Source of the DNA: Candidatus Kerfeldbacteria bacterium
Lineage (GTDB): Bacteria > Patescibacteriota > Patescibacteriia > SBBC01
Assembly: GCA_016207275.1 (NCBI GenBank)
Contig: JACQPY010000017.1
Location: 2,479-66,478 of the forward strand
Length of the DNA: 64,000 nt
Direction: 5' to 3'
Positions 57,092-64,000 of this stretch are shown one piece after another; positions within the stretch are counted from its first letter, which is position 1; each line of letters starts with the position of its first letter. The notes under the pieces were generated by a model that had not been told where the DNA came from, searched no databases, and saw nothing but the letters and a program-made list of their open reading frames with translations. Made by a program: the position numbers and the translations under genes.

Positions 57092-58156
57092 ATGCATACC
57101 AAACCCATTCGCGTCGCCATCAACGGCTTCGGTCGCATCGGCCGGAACAGCTTCAAAGTGGCGGTGACCAAACCCGAACTCGAGGTGGTGGCCATCAACG
57201 ACCTCGGCAGCCTGGAGGTGATGGCCCACCTGCTGCGCTTTGATTCGGTCTACGGCCGCTGGGATCATGAGGTGGCCGTCGGCGATGGCCAGCTGATTGT
57301 TGACGGCCAGGCTATCAAGTTTTTGTCCGAGCCCGAGCCGTCCAAGCTACCATGGAAAGCGCTGGCCGTCGACGTGGTCATGGAATCAACCGGCCGTTTC
57401 GCCAAGCGTCGCGACGCGGCTGTTCACCTGCGGGCCGGGGCCAAGCGGGTGATTGTCTCGGCTCCGGTCAAAGCTGCTGGCGAGGTGAAGACGTTCATCC
57501 TCGGAGTCAACGATGCCGACGATGTCGGTGAAGAACTATTCTCGAACTCGTCCTGTACAACGAACTGCGTCGCCCCGGTGACGCGGGTCATGGTCGAGTC
57601 AGTCGGCGTCAAGAAAGCGATGATGACGACGGTCCATTCGTACACCGCTGAACAGAATCTCGTCGACGGCCCGGTTCCACCTTTGCACCCAGACCTGCGC
57701 CGGGCGCGAGCGGCCGCCATCAACATCGTGCCGACCACCTCCGGGGCCGCCATCTCGACCACCGAGACAATCCCCGCGCTCAAAGGAAAGTTTGATGGCT
57801 TCGCTTTTCGCGTACCAACGCCGTCGGTCTCGGTGACCGATTTTACGTTTTTAACCGCCCGGGCCACGACCGTCGCTGAGGTTAATCAGGCTTTTCGGCA
57901 GGCCGCCACGACCAAGCGCTGGCAGGGGATCCTGGCGGTCAGCGAACTGCCGCTGGTGTCCAGCGATTTTCTTCAGGACCCGCACTCGGCAATCGTTGAC
58001 GTACCACTGACCAAGGTCGTTGACGGTGACCTGGTCAAGGTGGTGGCTTGGTACGATAATGAGTGGGGTTACTCCAATCGCTACGTTGAACAAGTCATCC
58101 GCGTCGGACGCCAGGCCCAACTTCAGGCCCCGTCCGGCTCCCATGAAAGGGGGTGA
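57092..58156 (+). CDS. gap: Glyceraldehyde-3-phosphate dehydrogenase type I
   Basis: INGFGRIGR, SCTTNC, WYDNEWGY. Confidence 0.97.
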   Translation: MHTKPIRVAINGFGRIGRNSFKVAVTKPELEVVAINDLGSLEVMAHLLRFDSVYGRWDHEVAVGDGQLIVDGQAIKFLSEPEPSKLPWKALAVDVVMESTGRFAKRRDAAVHLRAGAKRVIVSAPVKAAGEVKTFILGVNDADDVGEELFSNSSCTTNCVAPVTRVMVESVGVKKAMMTTVHSYTAEQNLVDGPVPPLHPDLRRARAAAINIVPTTSGAAISTTETIPALKGKFDGFAFRVPTPSVSVTDFTFLTARATTVAEVNQAFRQAATTKRWQGILAVSELPLVSSDFLQDPHSAIVDVPLTKVVDGDLVKVVAWYDNEWGYSNRYVEQVIRVGRQAQLQAPSGSHERG

Positions 58157-58160
58157 TCGT

Positions 58161-58352
58161 ATGATGATGCGATTTACCAACAAGACGCTCGTTCGTGTTT
58201 ACTATTGGTTTGGCGTGGTCACGGCCGCCTTCGGCTTCTTTACGGAGATCTCCGGTCAGCAGGTGTACTTGAGCTCGGGTTTCTACCAAACCATGTCAAT
58301 TGTCGCTTTCCTTGCCTCGATCGCTCTCTCGCGTATTGATCGCGACGCGTAA
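58161..58352 (+). CDS. Small 2-TM protein
   Basis: GGGGGTGA SD-like; two hydrophobic segments. Confidence 0.6.
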   Translation: MMMRFTNKTLVRVYYWFGVVTAAFGFFTEISGQQVYLSSGFYQTMSIVAFLASIALSRIDRDA

Positions 58353-58382
58353 CGCCAGGGCCGAAGGCAGCGCGCCAGGGTC

Positions 58383-58411
58383 TTGCTTCAGCGGTTCAAA
58401 CGTGCTACACT
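58383..58411 (+). promoter_or_regulatory. sigma70 promoter of tRNA-Glu
   Basis: TTGCTT-17 bp-TACACT with extended -10 TG. Confidence 0.7.
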
Positions 58412-58430
58412 GCGGACCCGCTGGCGGCGT

Positions 58431-58508
58431 GGCCCTATCGTCTAGCCCGGTCTAGGACATCTGGTTCTCAGCCAGAAAACTCGGGTTCAAATCCCGATGG
58501 GGCTACCA
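58431..58508 (+). tRNA. tRNA-Glu(CTC)
   Basis: GGCCCTA...TGGGGCTACCA, anticodon loop TTCTCAG, GGTTCAAATCC. Confidence 0.95.
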
Positions 58509-58548
58509 GTTTGATTACGGTAGTCGTACCTCACTTCGTTTCGACGGT

Positions 58549-59070
58549 ATGCGCATCTTCAAGATCGTAATTCTCGTGACCATTGTCGTCGTCGTAGCGT
58601 TTGCGGCGGTGGCTTGGTTTCGCTGGCGCGGTACGCCGTCGACAACCAACCGAACGCCGATCGTCACCGCCGGCGTCGGCAACACCAACACCGTTCAAAC
58701 GCCGCCGATTACGAGCGGCGACATCCCGCTCGACGTCTCGGTCAGTTACCGCGACGTGACCTTCGGACTCGACTCCGCCCTGCGGACCGAGACGTTTCGT
58801 CGGAAGAAGGCCGATGATGGCCAGGAGTTCGTGGTAATCTTTTTGAAGCCGTTCAGCAGCAATCCGCCGGCCGACATCGCCACCTGGGTCAGCGCCGACA
58901 TTCAACTGACTGCCAGCGGCGTCAATCAGCGACCGGTCGAGGTCGGCCTTCCCAAGTTAGCAAATCAGGCCGGCGGTTTTCTTTCGTTTCAGGTTCCGGT
59001 GGGAACGAAGGGAATGACTTTGGCCTTTGGTTCTGGCGCCAGCGCGACGACGGTCAAGCTGAGTTTCTAG
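58549..59070 (+). CDS. Membrane-anchored hypothetical protein (Ig-like/DUF4352-like)
   Basis: N-terminal TM, Thr/Pro linker, beta-rich domain ending FQVP. Confidence 0.65.
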   Translation: MRIFKIVILVTIVVVVAFAAVAWFRWRGTPSTTNRTPIVTAGVGNTNTVQTPPITSGDIPLDVSVSYRDVTFGLDSALRTETFRRKKADDGQEFVVIFLKPFSSNPPADIATWVSADIQLTASGVNQRPVEVGLPKLANQAGGFLSFQVPVGTKGMTLAFGSGASATTVKLSF

Positions 59071-59085
59071 GTCCGGCTTCGAGTC

Positions 59086-60210
59086 ATGCGGATCGGCCTC
59101 GTCACGCAGTCGTACTACCCCGTCCTCGGTGGGGTGACTGAACACGTCTACCATCTCGGTCGGGAGCTCCAGCAGCGGGGACACCAGGTTACGGTGGTGA
59201 CTGGTTCGGCGCGACAAGCTGACGATCGCGGTTTGCGCGTGGTCCGTCATGGCATCCAGATCCCCCTGACGGTCAACGGCGCTACCATGCACGCCACCTT
59301 CGGCTGGCGGCTCGGCCGGGTCTTGCAGCGCATTGAGGCAGCGGAACAATTTGATCTCGTCCACATTCAGTCGCCGACCGACCCGGGGTTGCCGCTACTG
59401 GCCGCAAAAGTAATGCGTACGCCCAAGGTCGGGACGCATCATTCGTGGCGCGACAACCCGATCGTGGCTGACCTGACTTTTCGCGCGTTCCGAATGGTTT
59501 TTGATGATGCCGTCGCCAAGGTTCAGCGTCACCTGGCGGTCTCGCCGGGCGCGGCCGCCGCGATCCACCGGTACTACCCGCGCCTGCCGATCGAAATCAT
59601 TCCCAACGGCGTTGATACCGAGCGCTTCTCCCCATCGGTCAAGCCGTTCCCCCAGTACCGCGACGGAGTTTTCACGATCTTGTTCGTCGGCCGTATGGAT
59701 CCGCGCAAAGGGGCGAAGTACTTGTTTTCAGCCTTGCCCTACGTCGAACAGCAACTGCCGACCTACCGGGTGCTGGTGGTTGGTAAGGGCTGGATGAAAA
59801 AGTACTATCACACCTTCGTCCCGCTGCACCTCCGCCGTCGGGTCATCTTCGCCGGCTATGCCACGCCTGAAGAGCTGCCCCGCTACTACCGGTCGGCTGA
59901 TGTATACTGCTCACCGGCTACCGGCAATGAAAGCTTTGGCATCGTGCTCCTCGAGGCAATGGCGTCAGGCGTGCCGGTCGTGGCTGCCGACATCGAAGGC
60001 TACCGTCACGTCATGACCGACGGCCGCGAAGGACTGTTCGCCCGCCCGCGTGACCCGTACGCGCTGGCGCAACAGCTCGTATCGTTGGCTCATCAGCCTG
60101 AGCGTCGGCAGCGGCTGGCTCAGGCCGGGCGTCAAACGGCTACCCAGTACGACTGGCGTAACATTACCGATCGGATTGAAGCGGTCTACCGTCAGGTGGT
60201 GCCGGTATGA
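59086..60210 (+). CDS. GT4 glycosyltransferase (PimA/PigA-like)
   Basis: YYPVLGGV..H, IPNGVD, GRMDPRKG, ESFGIVLLEAMA. Confidence 0.9.
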   Translation: MRIGLVTQSYYPVLGGVTEHVYHLGRELQQRGHQVTVVTGSARQADDRGLRVVRHGIQIPLTVNGATMHATFGWRLGRVLQRIEAAEQFDLVHIQSPTDPGLPLLAAKVMRTPKVGTHHSWRDNPIVADLTFRAFRMVFDDAVAKVQRHLAVSPGAAAAIHRYYPRLPIEIIPNGVDTERFSPSVKPFPQYRDGVFTILFVGRMDPRKGAKYLFSALPYVEQQLPTYRVLVVGKGWMKKYYHTFVPLHLRRRVIFAGYATPEELPRYYRSADVYCSPATGNESFGIVLLEAMASGVPVVAADIEGYRHVMTDGREGLFARPRDPYALAQQLVSLAHQPERRQRLAQAGRQTATQYDWRNITDRIEAVYRQVVPV

Positions 60211-60917
60211 AGCGACGGACTATTTTGTGCGTTTTTGCTCATCCGGACGACGAATGCTTCATGTGCGGCGGAACGATTGCGGCTTGCGCGGCGCGCGGCG
60301 ATCGCGTGATTCTGGTAACGGCCACCGGCGGGGAAGCGTTTACGCAGCAGGTTCGCAGCCGGCGATCAGTCGCCAGCCGGAAGCAGCTTCGTCGTCGGGA
60401 GCTACGGCAGTCGAGTCGAACCCTTGGGATCGCGCGCGTCCATGTTCTCGATTTCCCTGATGGTCAACTGGCCGCCGTACCACTCGGCAAGCTGCACCGC
60501 ACCGTCGCTTCGTACCTGCACCGTTACCAACCCGACGCGGTATTCTCGTTTGCGCCCGACGGGGTGACTCGCCACCGCGACCACCAGGTCATTTCTCGGG
60601 TAGTCCAGGCGGTCGCCCGAGAACAGCATAACCGTGGCGCCGGCCGGCCCCACGTTTGCCTTTTTGGCTGGCCGAACCATGTCCGCCGTCGCCTCGGTCT
60701 GCCGGCCGCGAGTAGCCAACGACACTACCGATTGAGCGTTGGTTACTTTGTCAACCGTAAGCTGCGGGCGATCGCCGCCCACCGCAGTCAAATTAAGACC
60801 AAGCAACGTTTTGCCGGTTTATCGCCGCGCCAGCAGCGCCAGCTCTTCCAGACCGAGTACGTGGTGCGCTTTCCCGGAGAACCGGTTGCGCCACTCCGAG
60901 AATTTTTGCTGAGCTAA
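60207..60917 (+). CDS. PIG-L/LmbE-family de-N-acetylase
   Basis: AHPDDE, ATGGE, HRDH, AHRSQ. Confidence 0.9.
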   Translation: MKRRTILCVFAHPDDECFMCGGTIAACAARGDRVILVTATGGEAFTQQVRSRRSVASRKQLRRRELRQSSRTLGIARVHVLDFPDGQLAAVPLGKLHRTVASYLHRYQPDAVFSFAPDGVTRHRDHQVISRVVQAVAREQHNRGAGRPHVCLFGWPNHVRRRLGLPAASSQRHYRLSVGYFVNRKLRAIAAHRSQIKTKQRFAGLSPRQQRQLFQTEYVVRFPGEPVAPLREFLLS

Positions 60918-61016
60918 GCGCTCAGCGCGCAAGTACTTACCTACTACTTCGGGGCTTGTTTTTATGTCTGAAAGATGGTATACTAGTAGTGCCATTTTTT
61001 ATTTGCACACACCACC

Positions 61017-64000
61017 GTGCACCCAGAACAGCGGCTGAGGGGCCCGCGGCGTTCCCCGCCTGGTCAGCAGTTGGCGTGGTTCGTTCGCCTTCTAACACCA
61101 AAAGCAAAATCTACTGCCAAGGTGAGGCCGCTCCTCCTGAGCATTCGTGAAGCCAGCGGGTTCTTAGGCGTGCACCCGAATACGCTCCGCCGCTGGGACC
61201 AGGACGGTCGGCTGCGGGCAGTTCGCGTTGGTCGACGAAAAGATCGGCGCTACTACCGAGCGGACCTGCTCCGTCACGCGGGTGGAGTTGAAAACCGTGA
61301 TCACCTTGCTCGGACTGTCCGCCGCGCCGCCGTGGCGGGCGTGGTCGTACTGACCTTGCTGCTGGCCTACTCCGGCGGGGCTTTGGTCCGAGCCGGTGGC
61401 GAACGAACAATCAACGCCCAGCTTCAGCCATCACGCTGTAGCGGGTGGACTTTCGGCGTCAATGCCCAGACCGTTTCGCTCAACGGCACCACCAATCTAG
61501 CTGCCTACGGATCTAGTAACTCGGCGATTTTCAGTTCGGGCGACCTCACCATCAGTAGTGATGCGGCCCAGCCGTTCGTGAGCGGTAGGCTGGATCAATC
61601 GACGGGCATCCTGACCTGCAGCCGCTTCACCGGCGTCGAAGTCCCGAACCAGGCGACCCTGTCGAACGTTCAGGTAAACCTTTGGCTGGCGACCACGGCC
61701 GCAACCATCAGCACGGATACGCTGACCTTAGCAGTCAGCACTGATGGCCTGACCTGGACCACGGTCAAAACATTTGCCGTGGCTGAGCCAGTCCGCGGAC
61801 GGGTCAGCTTTTTCCTTCCGACCATCGTCGATCCAGCCCAGCTTAAAGACCTCCAGTTTCGATTGACGCCGGACATCGAGCCGGCGGCCGAACCAACCAC
61901 CGTCTTCGTCGACGGCCTGACCGTTTCGTTCCACGCGTCAACGCCGGCTCCCGAGCCAACCAAGACTAAACGCCCGGCCCGGGCACAACTTGATCGGCTC
62001 GTCGAGTTCTCTAAAGAAGCGTATCGGTCGGCTGAGCATCCGCTGGTGACCGTGCCGAAAACTCAAGTGGCGCAATTTCTCTTCTTCAAGCAACGGCCAG
62101 TCGAGTGGCAGCTTGAGCAGATCGAACTCATCGATACGCAGGGTCAACACGTTCAACCGACGTTCAGCACTCGGGAGATTAGTGATGGAGCGTCCGTTCA
62201 GGCGCAGCTGAGTATCAATCCCGACGGCCTTCACGCCGGCAAGTACCGTCTGCGGGTGACCATGATCAACTCCGAGGGCGGGGCGGCCGCAATTGAGAAG
62301 GATTTTCTCTGGGGCGTCATCGCCCTGAACGTGACCCACGCCGTGGCTCGACCGGGGGACGAGCAGGTGATCGGTATGGCCGTGCTCGACGACAACGGCA
62401 AAACGATCTGCGACGCCGATCTGAAGCTGGTGGTGACCGATCCGAAAGGCAAGAAAGCAACATACTCCTCGGGCAAAAATACCGTGGAAATCAGCGGCCT
62501 CTGCGTGGACCAAGGTGTGACCAACCTGCCGGATTACTCGGTCACTTCGCAGCCCCAACACGAAGGGCTCTACCACCTGCACCTCGAAGCGAAAACTCGG
62601 GCCGGGACAAGAACCTACGAAGATACATTCCAAGTTGATCCCTTGCTCGCGTTTGACGTGGACCGTTATGACTTCCCGACTCGTCTGTATCCGCCGTCGC
62701 CCTACACCGCTCGCTTCGCCGTCACGCCGCGGCACGATTTTCAAGGGGTCATCAAAGAGAAAGCTCCGGCGAACTTTGCGCTGTCGCAGCTTTTGCCCGA
62801 AGGTCGAGTCTATCCGGCCACCGACGATCCGGCCGCGCAGATTGTTGAATGGTCCGTCGACTGGAAAGCGGATACCACTTATTATTTCCAGTACACCTTT
62901 GATGCCCCGGACGTTTCGCCGGCTCTGTTTATGCTTGGTCCGTTGAAAATCGGAGACGACCTACTGGCCGGCGCTTTGTTCGTTGAACCGCGGCAGTGGC
63001 AGCTCGCCGCTGACTCTTTGGTCTCGGTTTCCGGCACGCTCTACTCAAACGAGGGGACGACGGCCCTGGACTGCAGCGCCACCAATCGGACGGTCAATGT
63101 CAAAGTCAACGGCGCTGGCACTGCCTCGACCACCTGTACGGCGGCGGACGGCACATACACGGTCTCCAGCGTTTCCCTGGCGGCCGCTGGGGACGTGGTC
63201 ACGGTCTATATTGATGGGGCAACTGAGGACGCGGTGACCGTTACCCGCTCGGCCGACGCCACCTCGAACATCACCGGCGTTGATCTCTACCAGAACCGCG
63301 TTATCGTCCGTCACGAAGACGCCGGACCAATTACCAACACTAATCTTGATAACTGGGACAGTGGCAACGACGCCGACGTTCAGTTTACTGTGACCGCCGG
63401 CGCCTTGACCGTTGCCAGCGGGGCGAAGCTACTCGTCTGGACCGGCAAGACCTTCACGCCGGGCGGCACGGTGACCACGACCGCGGCCAGCACGGCCGGC
63501 AATCCCGACGGGGACGTCAATGTTCAATCCACAGCCACTTTATCGATGGGTACGAATGCCTTGTCCGTCGGCGGCGATTACAGCAATTCCGGTACCTTTT
63601 CGAAATCCAGCGGCCAAACCACCACCTTCACCGGTACGGTGACTGGCTTTACCATCGCGCCGGGCACCGGCAACTTTGATAGCCTCACCTTTAACGGCGC
63701 CGGCGGAGACTGGACGCCGAGCGCGGCCGTCAGCGTTGATGCGACGCTGACCATGACCAACGGCACGCTCAAAGGCACCAACAACGTTACGATCACCGGC
63801 GCAGTGGCCGGCACCAGCGGCATCATCACCCTGACCGGCGGAACATTTAAGCAACGCGTGGCCGCATCCCAGAACTTCGGCACCACCTCCGGATCCAACA
63901 CCTGGACGTTTTACAACTTGACATTTTCGAACTCGTCAGCCGCGATACGGAACATCACTATGCAGACCGGCGGCACCGGCGATATTACCATCACCAACGT
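61017..64000 (+). CDS. Large surface protein with N-terminal MerR/excisionase-like HTH and TM (3'-partial; start GTG 61017 or 61122)
   Basis: Frame read as open to the window end, so absent from the ORF track; LLSIREASGFLGVHPNTLRRWDQDG..RRY, TM, then Ig-like and Gly/Thr-rich beta-repeat sequence; TGGTATACT at 60976. Confidence 0.88.
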   Translation, partial: MHPEQRLRGPRRSPPGQQLAWFVRLLTPKAKSTAKVRPLLLSIREASGFLGVHPNTLRRWDQDGRLRAVRVGRRKDRRYYRADLLRHAGGVENRDHLARTVRRAAVAGVVVLTLLLAYSGGALVRAGGERTINAQLQPSRCSGWTFGVNAQTVSLNGTTNLAAYGSSNSAIFSSGDLTISSDAAQPFVSGRLDQSTGILTCSRFTGVEVPNQATLSNVQVNLWLATTAATISTDTLTLAVSTDGLTWTTVKTFAVAEPVRGRVSFFLPTIVDPAQLKDLQFRLTPDIEPAAEPTTVFVDGLTVSFHASTPAPEPTKTKRPARAQLDRLVEFSKEAYRSAEHPLVTVPKTQVAQFLFFKQRPVEWQLEQIELIDTQGQHVQPTFSTREISDGASVQAQLSINPDGLHAGKYRLRVTMINSEGGAAAIEKDFLWGVIALNVTHAVARPGDEQVIGMAVLDDNGKTICDADLKLVVTDPKGKKATYSSGKNTVEISGLCVDQGVTNLPDYSVTSQPQHEGLYHLHLEAKTRAGTRTYEDTFQVDPLLAFDVDRYDFPTRLYPPSPYTARFAVTPRHDFQGVIKEKAPANFALSQLLPEGRVYPATDDPAAQIVEWSVDWKADTTYYFQYTFDAPDVSPALFMLGPLKIGDDLLAGALFVEPRQWQLAADSLVSVSGTLYSNEGTTALDCSATNRTVNVKVNGAGTASTTCTAADGTYTVSSVSLAAAGDVVTVYIDGATEDAVTVTRSADATSNITGVDLYQNRVIVRHEDAGPITNTNLDNWDSGNDADVQFTVTAGALTVASGAKLLVWTGKTFTPGGTVTTTAASTAGNPDGDVNVQSTATLSMGTNALSVGGDYSNSGTFSKSSGQTTTFTGTVTGFTIAPGTGNFDSLTFNGAGGDWTPSAAVSVDATLTMTNGTLKGTNNVTITGAVAGTSGIITLTGGTFKQRVAASQNFGTTSGSNTWTFYNLTFSNSSAAIRNITMQTGGTGDITITN

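Noticed and set aside
60956-61150. 64-aa ORF upstream of the giant protein
   Set aside because: Starts upstream of the -10 box and overlaps the HTH-coding frame; no motif support
1-64000. Many antisense and alternate-frame ORFs; stop-codon recoding; DGR, retron or prophage
   Set aside because: Shadow ORFs are expected at this GC; conserved genes end cleanly at TGA, TAA or TAG; no reverse transcriptase, integrase or virion gene was recognised

Overview
GC-rich bacterial chromosomal window, genetic code 11 (TGA is used as stop in many ATGA overlaps), almost all genes on the + strand. Gene content and style (DUF4012 protein, short AspRS, HTH-fused giant surface protein, near-leaderless genes, many palindromic repeats) suggest Patescibacteria/CPR; this is inference, not a database result. 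In order: a 5'-truncated heliorhodopsin; Nramp and P-type ATPase; a fermentative cluster (ndh, pgk, eno, two tandem gpmI, pduL, ackA, 2-oxoacid:ferredoxin oxidoreductase alpha/beta); recJ, rnhA and an enlarged RNase P RNA; a polysaccharide locus; murJ, lepA, ftsEX, asnS, aspS, scpAB, tpiA, gap; three tRNAs; and the start of a >990-aa HTH-TM-surface protein. Most unusual: (1) a ~4.8 kb single-promoter island (32.8-37.6 kb) with a ~690-nt structured leader, small orphan ORFs with strong Shine-Dalgarno sites, boxA-like motifs after stop codons and one palindrome family capping long hairpins; (2) miniature inverted-repeat elements sitting exactly at start codons, one pair preserving ATGA translational coupling through mini-ORFs; (3) a duplicated, insertion-broken lepA N-terminus; (4) tRNA 3'-end repeat arrays. 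No CRISPR array, reverse transcriptase, integrase or transposase was seen.
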